Of a DNA stretch of 64,000 nt, positions 26,677 to 35,735 are shown in pieces (the first letter of the stretch is position 1; each line of letters starts with the position of its first letter). Below the pieces are notes generated by a model. It ran no database searches. It was not told where the DNA came from and saw only the letters and a list, made by a program, of their open reading frames with translations. The position numbers were made by a program, and so were the translations under genes. This DNA comes from an uncultured Clostridia bacterium (GTDB lineage Bacteria; Bacillota; Clostridia; Christensenellales; UBA1242), in contig CANPWN010000002.1 of NCBI GenBank assembly GCA_947584415.1, positions 27,692-91,691 of the forward strand, read 5' to 3'.

Positions 26677-29175
26677 TTACTTACATTGAAGTAAATTTTT
26701 GCCAGATTTTACTGAAACAGGAAGAGGGACTTTCAAATCAAGCCAATCTTCCATCTCCCTTTTTAAAAGTTTTTCCATATCATTTTCTTCGCCTGGATAA
26801 ACATCTAAAACAAGTTCGTCATGAATTTGCAGGATAAGTTCACTTTTAAAACCATTTTGTTTTAGGGCTTTTGCAACATTAAGCATGCTTTTTTTGATTA
26901 TGTCTGAGGCTGTCCCCTGAAGAGGCATGTTTAACGCCACTCTTTCTCCAAAAGAGCGAAGTTGGTGATTTGCACCGTTTATCTCCGGAATATGACGAAT
27001 TCTGCCGTATTTTGTTTTAATAAAGCCATGTTGCTTTGCAAATGCAATATTGTTTTCGGAAAAGGTTTTGACAGCGGGATAACGCGAAAAATAGGAGTCA
27101 ATATACTGCTTTGCGCTTTTTCTGGACACTTTGATGTTTTGGCTTAAGCCATAGTCGCTTATGCCATAAATAATTCCAAAATTGACCGCTTTTGCTTCCC
27201 TGCGCATTTTTGGGGTCACTTCGTCTTTGCTAACTCCAAAGATGTCTGCTGCAGTGGAAGTGTGGATATCTTCGCCGCGCTTGTAAATTTCAATCAACCT
27301 TTCTTCGTTGGACATGTCTGCAAGCAGTCTTAGTTCAATTTGATTATAGTCAGCACTTATAAGGCTGCCGCCCTCAAACTTTGAAACAAAAATTTTGCGC
27401 AGCACTTTGCCCTCTTCATCATTTGTTGGGATATTTTGAAGATTTGGGTCAGAGGAAGAAAGTCTGCCGGTGTTTGTGAGTGCTTGATTGAAAGATGTGT
27501 GAATTATGTTCCCTTTTTCCGCACAAAGTCTTTCATAAACATCAATATAGGTGGATTTAAGTTTTTGATATTTTCTGTATTGAATTATGTTTTCAACAAT
27601 TGGGTGTGAATATTTAAGGTCATTTAAAACATCAATGCCCGTTGAATTTTTTTTGTTGCCATAAGAAGTTAAGCCAAGTTTGTCAAACAATATGTGTGCC
27701 ACTTGTTTTGGTGAATTGATGTTAAACTCTTCGCCCGCAAGTTCAAGAATTTGTTTTTTGAGTTCTTCAAGCTTTTGAGTGAATTGTTCATCAATCTCTT
27801 TTAAGGAATTTTCGTCAATTTTAAAGCCGTTTTCTTCCATTTCAAACAACACTTTGCTAAGTGGTAGTTCAAGTTCAAAGTAAAGATTTTTTAATTCAAG
27901 CCTTTCAAGTTTTTCTTCAAATTGTTCCTTTAAAGCAAAGTATTCATCAGTGTTTTCCAAATCAACATTTGTGTTTTCACCCGCGTGAATAAGATAAGAT
28001 GCAAGTTTTAAATCAAAAAAGTTTTCAAGGATTATCCCATATTTTTTTAAGGTGTGCATGTCCGCCTTTGCTGCTTTTGTGATTTTTGTGATGTTTGGGT
28101 TTTCAAAATAAGGTTTAAGCGCCAAAACAACATCATCAGGCGTCAGTGAGTTTGAAAACATGTCATATTTAAGGTCCAGGCAATAAATTTCTCCACCTTT
28201 AACACTGAATTGCATGCTGGAAAGATTGTAACTAAACTCATTTTTTATTGACGAAATAAACGCATTTAAAATGGTCGGGCTTTCAATTGAAATCATCTTT
28301 TTATCTTCAGTTAAAATGGTGCTGCCAAACAAATCTTCCCTCTTTAAAAGAGAGCCGAAGCCAAAGGCTTTAAAATCCTTTTGAACGGACACAGGAAAAG
28401 GAAATGTGAAAGATGTTTTTTTAAGTTCTTCTTGAATATCCGCGTTTGTCACAATTGTGGCAAGTTTTTGCGAAAGATAAGCCATATCTTTGTCGCTTTC
28501 AAGTTTTTCCTTAAGTTTGCCGCTTATTTTGTCAATATTTGCGTAAATTCCATCTAAAGACGAAAAATCTTCCAAGAGTTTTATGGCTGTTTTTTCACCT
28601 ATTCCTTTAACTCCTGGGATATTGTCGGAGGTGTCGCCCATAAGTGCTTTAAGGTCAATAACTTGACGCGGTGAAAGATGAAACTGAGTTTTAAGTTCCC
28701 TTTCAGTCAATTTGTTGACAACACTGACGCCTTTCATTGTCAGCCACACTTCAGTTTTTGGGTCAATAAGTTGCAATAAATCTCTATCTCCTGACAAGAT
28801 GACTTTTTCACCTTCAAGAGTTTTTGCCGCTGTGCCAATGATGTCGTCTGCTTCAATTCCCTCTTTTTCAATGATGGTTATGTTCATTTTTGTCAGCAAA
28901 TCTTTGATTAAAGGAAATTGCGTTCTAAGTTCCTCTGGCATAGGCTTTCGCGTGCCTTTGTAAGCCTCATAAAGGTCATTTCGAAAGGTTTTGCGTGCGT
29001 GGTCAAAGGCAACTATGATGCCTTTTGGTTTATCTTCGGAAATAATTTTTACCAAGATGTTGACAAAGCCATAAACAGCGCCTGTTGGCCTGCCGCTTGG
29101 GTCGGACAAAAAAGGAAGTGCATAAAATGCACGGTTGGCGAGCGAGTTTCCGTCAATGATAAGAATTTTGTCCAC
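26677..29175 (-). CDS. polA: DNA polymerase I
   Basis: 5' nuclease N-terminus (LIIDGNSLANRAFYA, GDRDLLQL, GVKGIGEKTA). Pol motifs DYNQIELRLLA, RREAKAVNFGIIYG, QIHDELV. Confidence 0.95.
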   Translation of the reverse strand: MDKILIIDGNSLANRAFYALPFLSDPSGRPTGAVYGFVNILVKIISEDKPKGIIVAFDHARKTFRNDLYEAYKGTRKPMPEELRTQFPLIKDLLTKMNITIIEKEGIEADDIIGTAAKTLEGEKVILSGDRDLLQLIDPKTEVWLTMKGVSVVNKLTERELKTQFHLSPRQVIDLKALMGDTSDNIPGVKGIGEKTAIKLLEDFSSLDGIYANIDKISGKLKEKLESDKDMAYLSQKLATIVTNADIQEELKKTSFTFPFPVSVQKDFKAFGFGSLLKREDLFGSTILTEDKKMISIESPTILNAFISSIKNEFSYNLSSMQFSVKGGEIYCLDLKYDMFSNSLTPDDVVLALKPYFENPNITKITKAAKADMHTLKKYGIILENFFDLKLASYLIHAGENTNVDLENTDEYFALKEQFEEKLERLELKNLYFELELPLSKVLFEMEENGFKIDENSLKEIDEQFTQKLEELKKQILELAGEEFNINSPKQVAHILFDKLGLTSYGNKKNSTGIDVLNDLKYSHPIVENIIQYRKYQKLKSTYIDVYERLCAEKGNIIHTSFNQALTNTGRLSSSDPNLQNIPTNDEEGKVLRKIFVSKFEGGSLISADYNQIELRLLADMSNEERLIEIYKRGEDIHTSTAADIFGVSKDEVTPKMRREAKAVNFGIIYGISDYGLSQNIKVSRKSAKQYIDSYFSRYPAVKTFSENNIAFAKQHGFIKTKYGRIRHIPEINGANHQLRSFGERVALNMPLQGTASDIIKKSMLNVAKALKQNGFKSELILQIHDELVLDVYPGEENDMEKLLKREMEDWLDLKVPLPVSVKSGKNLLQCK

Positions 29176-29184
29176 ACTTTCTCC

Positions 29185-29475
29185 TTAGGCAAGACCAAAC
29201 AACCCAGCAAAATAATCTGGCATGGCAACAACAACAATGTAAAATATGGTGACAAGTATTAGTAAAATTAGCAATATGATTTTGAATATATTTCCAGTAA
29301 AGTTTGTCATGGCAAAAAGGAACAAAAGAATAACTCCGCCATACATGGAAACATATCTAAGCACCTTTCCCCAACTGCCAAGTGTTTCAAGTGAAGGCAC
29401 AGCGGCAACATAAATCATAAGGGCTATGTAAGCAATGACACAAATTGACAAAATGAAATAAATGGCTTTTTTCAT
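29185..29475 (-). CDS. Small 3-TM membrane protein, unknown function
   Basis: Three hydrophobic segments. The start overlaps the stop of the upstream gene. Confidence 0.45.
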   Translation of the reverse strand: MKKAIYFILSICVIAYIALMIYVAAVPSLETLGSWGKVLRYVSMYGGVILLFLFAMTNFTGNIFKIILLILLILVTIFYIVVVAMPDYFAGLFGLA

Positions 29476-30551
29476 CAGTTCACCTTCTTTAATTTCTTCT
29501 TTTCGTCTTTAACTTTTTCTTTTTCTTCTTTTATTTTTTCCTTCTCTTCTCTAAGTTTTTCTTTTTCTTCTTTTTTATGTTGTTTTTCAAGCAAAAGTTG
29601 GGCTTTATCTTTCTTTGGCTTTTTGTTTTTGAGAGGTTTTATTTTTGAAGATTTAACTTTGCTTTTCTTTGCCTTTTTTGAACGCTTTTTGATGACCATT
29701 TTCTTTGTTCCATCATCTGGCATAGTTTCAAGCAGGCAATCAAGGTTTTCAAACATATCTTTCCACAGCCTTAAGGTTTTTGAAAAATAAAAACCATCTG
29801 CAACGCGCTCATCCATTGTGACCGTAACATTTAAAACTTTGCCAAGTTTGAGTTCTTTGTTCCTTTCAACAACAGGTTCCATCTTTTCCTTGCCCATTGC
29901 AACAAATATGCTTGCATTACCAAAATGATAAAGGTGATGTTTTACAGCGTCAAGTTTGATTGATTTAAGGTTTGTCATAAACAGGCTGCAATGGAAACAA
30001 CTTGCCTCAATAAGTGATTTTGGCAAGCAGTTGTGCCTGTCCATCCAACGAATAAAAACCATGGCAAGACGGAAAAGCCAAGCCGGAAGTTTGCCCAAGA
30101 TATCCGCGTCTTTGGTTGTGCCATAAACAGAGTCCTCACGGGTGTTTTCATAGATGACTTTGTCCACATATTCTTTGATTTGTGGAAGACTTTCCCTGCC
30201 CGTGAAATGAAATTTAAGGTCAACATCCTCGCTTTCATCATCCAGCCTCTTTTTTGCAACCATGCTTAGCGTGATGTCCTTATGCTCATAAATTATGTTG
30301 TGATTAACAAAATAATTGAGTTTTGGGCGAAGATAAAAAAGGCGGACAAGAGATGCAATCATGATGTGTGTGTAAGTGTAATTGTTGCCAAGTTTTCTTT
30401 GGCGCGAGATAAATTCATCAATAGGCTCGCAGCGGAATTTGACATCCATATAGTTTGTTGAACTTATTCTGTCCGGCATAAAAAATGGTGCGGCCTTTGT
30501 CACAGGGTCAAGTTTTTTAACTTTTACACCATCACTTCGTTTTGAAAACAT
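29475..30551 (-). CDS. Stand-alone 2-oxoacid dehydrogenase E2/CAT-like acyltransferase-fold protein with Lys/Glu-rich tail
   Basis: C-terminal catalytic-domain pattern HHLYHFGNASIFVAMGK ... TMDERVADGFYF (the DERxxDG variant of DHRxxDG). About 75 aa of K/E-rich C-terminus. Confidence 0.55.
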   Translation of the reverse strand: MFSKRSDGVKVKKLDPVTKAAPFFMPDRISSTNYMDVKFRCEPIDEFISRQRKLGNNYTYTHIMIASLVRLFYLRPKLNYFVNHNIIYEHKDITLSMVAKKRLDDESEDVDLKFHFTGRESLPQIKEYVDKVIYENTREDSVYGTTKDADILGKLPAWLFRLAMVFIRWMDRHNCLPKSLIEASCFHCSLFMTNLKSIKLDAVKHHLYHFGNASIFVAMGKEKMEPVVERNKELKLGKVLNVTVTMDERVADGFYFSKTLRLWKDMFENLDCLLETMPDDGTKKMVIKKRSKKAKKSKVKSSKIKPLKNKKPKKDKAQLLLEKQHKKEEKEKLREEKEKIKEEKEKVKDEKKKLKKVN

Positions 30552-30628
30552 CTTTTTCTCCTTAACTTTGCGTTACACAACGAATAATATATCACATTTA
30601 ATCTATCTTTCAAAATAATTTGTTAAAC

Positions 30629-31861
30629 TTACTTTTTCTCTCTGCGTTTGAAATAACAGCGGTCTTTCAGACTGTCCGGCAAATACTGCTGTTCTACATA
30701 ACCGCCGTAGTCGTGTGGATATTTGTATTTTTTGCTTGCCTCAGTGTGATTTTTTAAGTAATCAGGAATTCGGTCATCAGAGTGATTTTTGGCATCATCA
30801 ATTGCCATATCCTTTGCAATGACCACCCTGTTATCCTTTGGGCTTTCGCAAACATAAATTATGGCTTGTGTCAGCGCCAAATTTCCCTCTGGCATGCCCA
30901 AATGGTCAAGCGCATACAAAGCACAGCATGCCTGCACAAGCGCATTTGGTGCAGAAAGACCGACATCTTCTGAGGAGTGAGCAATGAGCCTTCTTGCTAA
31001 CACCTGTGGCTCTACGCCAGCCTCTATGAGCCTATTGGCATAATATAAAGCCGCTGTGGCGTCACTTCCACGAAGGCTTTTGCAATAAGCACTCAAAATA
31101 TGATAATAAACATCATCATTAAGGCTCAATGCTTTTCTCTGCAAACACTCGCTTGCAACATCTTTTGTGATAATAATTTCACCTTTTTTGTTTACCGGGG
31201 TTGTGATTGCTGCAATTTCAAGTCCGTTTAAGGCGCTGCGAACATCACCACCGCATGCCGTGGCAAAATATTTGAGCGCTTCGTCATCAGTTTTTATGTT
31301 GTAATCTTTCAGTCCCTCTTCGCATGTCAAAGCACGCTTTAAAACCGTGACAATATCATTTGCGTCAAGTGGCTTAAATTCAAACACGCTGCATCTTGAA
31401 ACAATAGCTCTGGTCATGCTGTAACTTGGGTTTTCAGTGGTGCATCCAACAAAAATTATGTAGCCATTTTCTAAGCTCGCCAGAAGGCTGTCGCTTTGTG
31501 CCTTTGTCCACCTGTGGCACTCGTCAAGCAAAAGATAGGTTTTTTTGCCATAAAGTTCAAAATCATTTTTTGCCTTTTCCATCACCTCTTTGACTTCAGC
31601 AACTCCAGTTGAAATTGCATTGAGTTTGACGAAATTTGAGTTTGAGGTGTCGGCAATAATTCTTGCAAGAGTTGTTTTGCCTGTGCCTGGTGGACCGTAA
31701 AAAATGCAGCTTGGCACACGCTTTGCTTCAATGAGCCTGCGCAAAAGTTTTCCTTTGCCAAGAATATGTTTTTGACCTACAACATCATCAAGCGTTTTTG
31801 GACGCATTTTTTCTGCAAGAGGTTTTTTGTCATTATGCAAATCTTCAAACAAGTTGTTCAT
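30629..31861 (-). CDS. rarA: Replication-associated recombination protein A (RarA/MgsA AAA+ ATPase)
   Basis: RP..LD..VGQ.H, GPPGTGKTTLA, LLDECHRW, SRC..F.., and the MgsA C-terminal region. Confidence 0.92.
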   Translation of the reverse strand: MNNLFEDLHNDKKPLAEKMRPKTLDDVVGQKHILGKGKLLRRLIEAKRVPSCIFYGPPGTGKTTLARIIADTSNSNFVKLNAISTGVAEVKEVMEKAKNDFELYGKKTYLLLDECHRWTKAQSDSLLASLENGYIIFVGCTTENPSYSMTRAIVSRCSVFEFKPLDANDIVTVLKRALTCEEGLKDYNIKTDDEALKYFATACGGDVRSALNGLEIAAITTPVNKKGEIIITKDVASECLQRKALSLNDDVYYHILSAYCKSLRGSDATAALYYANRLIEAGVEPQVLARRLIAHSSEDVGLSAPNALVQACCALYALDHLGMPEGNLALTQAIIYVCESPKDNRVVIAKDMAIDDAKNHSDDRIPDYLKNHTEASKKYKYPHDYGGYVEQQYLPDSLKDRCYFKRREKK

Positions 31862-31942
31862 TGATTTCTAGTTCTCCAATTTGATTATAGCATACTTTAA
31901 AGGTTTTTAGCAAAAAAAATTGAAAACATTTTTTTGGCGCTT

Positions 31943-33124
31943 TCAAACATAAATTTGAAACTGTTTTTTGCCTATGTCCTTAAAAGAAAAAGTCCTGTTT
32001 TTTTTAACGCAAGTGCTTTTAATGTTGTGGCAAGAAATGATTGGAAGGCTGACATACTCTTTCCCGTTAAATATGCTTAATTTTTCAATATTTTTCATGT
32101 TGTTTAGGCAAAAATCATTTTTTCCAGTTAAAACAATTTCATCTTTTAAAAGGCCATATTTTATCTCGCTGTTTCGGTCATATTTTCCATCAAGCCAGGC
32201 CTTCATAATTTTTTCAGGCAAAATTGCGTTGATAAGTGCCTGTTTCTTTTTGTCAGATGACACAATTTTAATGTTAAAAATTTGGCTTGTTTTTATGTGT
32301 GCCATCTGCGTGAAATTTTCAATCTCTTCTCTTGACGAAAGCGAAAATTTTTCGCTGCCGAGATTGAAAAATAAAACCTTTCTTTGCTTTGCCCTAAGCG
32401 GCACTTTTGCTTTGAGATAAACTCTTGCAAAGCAGGAATTTGTAACGCTGTCAACACATGAAAAACTGAAAAAATTAAAGAAAGATGAAAAGTTGAAAAA
32501 ACTTGTTTCAAAAGTTTTTAAATTGACAATTTTGATGTGATTTAGCATTTTTTGAAAGGAATAATAGCCTTTTGGCAGTAAAAGGCTGAGTTCAACGAGG
32601 ACATTTTTTTGTTGAGAGGACAAGTTTGTAAGTTCCAGCATACAATTTCTGCCAGAAAGAAAAAATTGTCTTGAAAAATAGGCTATTTCGCCACCATTAT
32701 TATAACTTTCATAAAAACAGCCGTTGAAAGAGCCTTCCACGCGCTTGCCATCAATTTTAAGATAATTTTCTTGTTCATTTAAATCAAATTTAAAGCCCGA
32801 AGGATAGTTTATATTTAGTTTTTCAAGTTCCTTATCTTTTGAAATGATAAAATCAAGTTTTTTTGCGTTCTTACTCTCTTTTGTAAGAACAAGATTGAAT
32901 TTTTCCTCTTTTTGCGCTTTTTCAAAGCATTTTGCAAGCGTTTTTGTAAGTTGTTTTGAGAAGATAAAAACAGGAAGTGTTGGGTCAACACCATCTTTTA
33001 TCACCCTGTCAAAATCAATGATTTCATTTGTTTGTGGCGAGTGAAAGCGGACACGGTTTAAAATTAAATTTGTCATGTTAAAAATGTAATCTTTCTTTTT
33101 CATGACATAATATTTGCCCAACAT
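31943..33124 (-). CDS. Hypothetical protein (385-393 aa), no recognised domain
   Basis: Long ORF. Alternative start MKKKDYIF at 33103. No SD is evident for either start. Confidence 0.5.
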   Translation of the reverse strand: MLGKYYVMKKKDYIFNMTNLILNRVRFHSPQTNEIIDFDRVIKDGVDPTLPVFIFSKQLTKTLAKCFEKAQKEEKFNLVLTKESKNAKKLDFIISKDKELEKLNINYPSGFKFDLNEQENYLKIDGKRVEGSFNGCFYESYNNGGEIAYFSRQFFLSGRNCMLELTNLSSQQKNVLVELSLLLPKGYYSFQKMLNHIKIVNLKTFETSFFNFSSFFNFFSFSCVDSVTNSCFARVYLKAKVPLRAKQRKVLFFNLGSEKFSLSSREEIENFTQMAHIKTSQIFNIKIVSSDKKKQALINAILPEKIMKAWLDGKYDRNSEIKYGLLKDEIVLTGKNDFCLNNMKNIEKLSIFNGKEYVSLPIISCHNIKSTCVKKNRTFSFKDIGKKQFQIYV

Positions 33125-33138
33125 AACACTTTCTAAAC

Positions 33139-33160
33139 AAAAAAAACACCCTTTCGGGTG
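33139..33160 (-). terminator. Rho-independent terminator after RNase P RNA
   Basis: CACCC-gaaa-GGGTG followed by T8 on the reverse strand. Confidence 0.7.
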
Positions 33161-33161
33161 A

Positions 33162-33509
33162 ATATCAGCCTTGCATAAGCCGAGTTCTGTTTTATGTGGT
33201 CATCTATCTAGGCCTTTTGTCGCCAAAAAGCTCAAGCGGCGCTTTTGAAGGGCGCGTAAGACTTCGTTATTGCCCTTACTTAGCCTTGCATTGGGTGGGG
33301 TTTACAGAGCGAGTCATGTTGCCATAACTCCGGTGGGCTCTTACCCCACCTTTCCATCCTTACCTAAAAAATTTAGGCGGTTTATTTCTGTTGCACTTTC
33401 CTTAAAGTCACCTTCACCAGCCGTTAACTGGCACCCTGTCTTAGAATGCTCGGACTTTCCTCACTTTGCTCATCACAAGCAAACTGCGACCACTCGCTTG
33501 ACTGATATA
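33162..33509 (-). ncRNA. rnpB: RNase P RNA (bacterial type A)
   Basis: The reverse strand carries GAGGAAAGTCCGAGC (CR-I), GGGTGCCAG.TAACGGCTGG, GGAAAGTGCAACAGAAA.AAACCGCC and ACAGAACTCGGCTTAT (CR-V). P1 pairs ATATCAG with CTGATAT. Preceded by TTGACT-17-TACAAT. Confidence 0.9.
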
Positions 33510-33511
33510 AT

Positions 33512-33540
33512 ATTGTAACATATTTGACTTTAAAAGTCAA
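33512..33540 (-). promoter_or_regulatory. Putative promoter of rnpB
   Basis: TTGACT (33535-33540), a 17-nt spacer, then TACAAT (33512-33517) on the reverse strand. Confidence 0.5.
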
Positions 33541-33542
33541 CA

Positions 33543-34895
33543 TTAACTTACGGTGAAAAGCAGTTTTGTGCTTTTTTTGTCCGCAATATAACCTTGAATA
33601 AAGCCGTCCTGTGAAATTTTGAGTGATATGCCATATTTTGCGAGGTCCATGGCGGCTGCCGAACGCCCACCACCAGAGATTGAGCCCGCTTCAATTTTTA
33701 ATATTGCCCCAGCCGCCACAATTGTTCCATCAAAATCAATTATGGTCGCGCCATCCATTGCCACAATTTCTTCCCTGAGTTTGCGATTGAGTTCATGAAA
33801 TTTTTTGCCTTCAATAATCTGATTTAAGCAGACTGACTTATAGCACTTGTTCTTTTTCAAAAATTCGTCATAGCCAAGGGAATAAAACTCTCTTGTGTCA
33901 TCAGCAGAGGTGAAATTGTAAAGTTTGTTTGCCTCTTCAAGTTCAGTGACCTTTTTGAGGTCATAATATTTTTCTTGCAAGATGTCGCGTGCGTCAATGT
34001 GAGTGAGCGCGCCCTGTATCATATCTTTTTTTAGATAAACAATGATGCCGCCGTTATATCTAAAAGAAGTGTCAATTGCAGTCAAATAAATTGCCCTTCT
34101 CACATCTTTGAGTGAGTGCGGATTTCTGTAAGCAAGAAGTTGCATGACTTCTTCATGGTTGTAAATGTTCCACTGTCCGCGTCTGCGAGCGAACATGAGA
34201 AGACGGTTTTTAAAAATGAGCAGGTCACCGTTTTCAGTGAGCGCTATGCCAACTTTTTTGTCGCCACAATATTTTGCAACATAGTTGAATTCGTGCGGTG
34301 CAGTTGACGAAAATCTCCTGACTTTTGCAAGTGAAACATAGCCAATAAGATAACCCTCTCGGTTAAATTCAACAAATGAATTTTTCCCGTCTGAAAGCAG
34401 CGCAAAAAAATCACTTGAAAGCATGTTTGAAAAATGCAAAGGAAGTGGCTCGGTTTGTTCAGTGAGATTTAAAATAATTCCAAAATTTATTTTTTTGCCT
34501 TCATAAGTGCGGTTTGACCAATTTGTCAGTTCATCCACAAGTCCAAGCAAAGTTGACGATGCTGAAGGTGCAACAGTGTCGCAAATTGCTTTTTCGACAG
34601 CTTTGTCAAGCAATGTTTCTTCAAAAGAGGGGTCAAAACCGCTCTCTGCAATGTTTTTTGTTTCTCTTAAGATGTTTTTTAAAAGTGTTAATTCAGACTG
34701 CTGGAAGGCTCTGCCGCGTTTGATGACAAGCCTGTAATCAGCGTTTTTTTCTGGTTTGAGCAAAAGAGTGTTTTGCTTTCCAAGTGCAATTTCTGCTTCA
34801 CGGGTGTTTGAGTCCTCTTCACCGACAAGTTCAGAGCCTGTGAAAAGTGGAAGTATGAGTTTGTTAATCACATAGTAAAATTTCTCTTTCTTCAA
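33543..34895 (-). CDS. Hypothetical protein with divergent diadenylate-cyclase (DAC/DisA_N)-like C-terminal domain
   Basis: The C-terminus reads NGGIIVYLKKD ... AMDGATIIDFDGTIVAAGAIL ... GGGRSAAAMDLAKYGISLKISQDG. This matches the order and spacing of the DAC motifs (GALIVI / hDGAvii..g.I.AA / GTRHRAA / v.vSEE.G), but the RHR is not conserved. TTG start. A TTGCCT-17-TATTAT promoter lies upstream. Confidence 0.5.
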   Translation of the reverse strand: MKKEKFYYVINKLILPLFTGSELVGEEDSNTREAEIALGKQNTLLLKPEKNADYRLVIKRGRAFQQSELTLLKNILRETKNIAESGFDPSFEETLLDKAVEKAICDTVAPSASSTLLGLVDELTNWSNRTYEGKKINFGIILNLTEQTEPLPLHFSNMLSSDFFALLSDGKNSFVEFNREGYLIGYVSLAKVRRFSSTAPHEFNYVAKYCGDKKVGIALTENGDLLIFKNRLLMFARRRGQWNIYNHEEVMQLLAYRNPHSLKDVRRAIYLTAIDTSFRYNGGIIVYLKKDMIQGALTHIDARDILQEKYYDLKKVTELEEANKLYNFTSADDTREFYSLGYDEFLKKNKCYKSVCLNQIIEGKKFHELNRKLREEIVAMDGATIIDFDGTIVAAGAILKIEAGSISGGGRSAAAMDLAKYGISLKISQDGFIQGYIADKKSTKLLFTVS

Positions 34896-34957
34896 CCCGC
34901 TTTACCCCATTTTATATTTTGATAATATAACAAAATTTTTATTTAGGCAAGCAGATT

Positions 34958-35668
34958 TTAATTTTTTTCATAATAATTTTTTGCCAAATCATCTTTAATT
35001 AGCTCAAGTGCTTTTGCCTCAATGCGCGAAACATAACTGCGCGAAATATTGAGTTGTTTTGCAAGTTCTTTTTGTGTGTAAACTTTCTCCCCGTTAAGCC
35101 CATAGCGTTTTGTTAAAATTTCTCTTTCCCTTTTTGAGAGTTTTTTGTTGATTGACGCGTTTATCCTTTCCATCAAAAAACTTGAGTTGGCATTGTTTTC
35201 AACTTCATCTTCATCAGACTGCAAAATGTCCATAAGCAGCACTTCATTGCCCTCTTTGTCAGAAGCAAATTTTGTGTTTAAAGAAATGACATCACGGTGT
35301 TTTTTATTGACGCGAATGAGCATTAAAATTTCATTTTCAATGCATTTTGACGCATATGTTGCGAGTGCTGCGCCCTTTTCATACTTAAAACTGTCAATTG
35401 CTTTTATAAGTCCAATTGTGCCAACGGAAATTAAATCGTCAACCTCAACACTGACTGAGCCTGCATATTTTTTGACAATATGACTTACAAGCCGCAAATT
35501 GTGGGCAATAAGTTTTTTTCTTGCATCCATATCTCCCGCTTCATGATAACTTTCAAGAAGTTTTCTCTCCTCTTCCTTTGCTAGCGGCTTTGGAAAGCCC
35601 TCAACATTATTTATAAATGCAGTAAAACACCTAAGTTTGCTTAAAAAAAACGGTAATGTTTCAAACAC
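34958..35668 (-). CDS. sigK: Sporulation sigma factor, pro-SigK-like
   Basis: FPKPL after a ~25-aa pro-sequence, then IAHNLRLVSHIVKKY, DLISVGTIGLIKAIDSF, KCIENEILM, and a region 4 HTH. I prefer the GTG start at 35668, after AAAGGAGTG. Confidence 0.65.
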   Translation of the reverse strand: MFETLPFFLSKLRCFTAFINNVEGFPKPLAKEEERKLLESYHEAGDMDARKKLIAHNLRLVSHIVKKYAGSVSVEVDDLISVGTIGLIKAIDSFKYEKGAALATYASKCIENEILMLIRVNKKHRDVISLNTKFASDKEGNEVLLMDILQSDEDEVENNANSSFLMERINASINKKLSKREREILTKRYGLNGEKVYTQKELAKQLNISRSYVSRIEAKALELIKDDLAKNYYEKN

Positions 35669-35735
35669 AATTTCACTCCTTTCAGCAAAATATATGTCGA
35701 AAATTGCCGTTTTTTGCTTGGACACATCTTAAATC

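Noticed and set aside
29475-29705. Repetitive AAG/GAA-rich DNA (also 20250-20505 and 16048-16290), considered as a tandem repeat or CRISPR-like array
   Set aside because: It has no repeat-spacer periodicity. The sequences are in-frame Lys/Glu-rich C-terminal coding regions.
29475-30551. Treating DERVADG (His to Glu in the DHRxxDG motif) as evidence of a dead enzyme
   Set aside because: As far as I recall, the stand-alone clostridial E2-like family normally carries DERxxDG. It is therefore probably the family norm rather than an anomaly. I cannot verify this without a search.
33270-33518. 82-aa plus-strand ORF in the ORF track
   Set aside because: It lies entirely inside the RNase P RNA gene on the opposite strand. 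It has no SD. It is an artefact of GC-rich structured RNA sequence.
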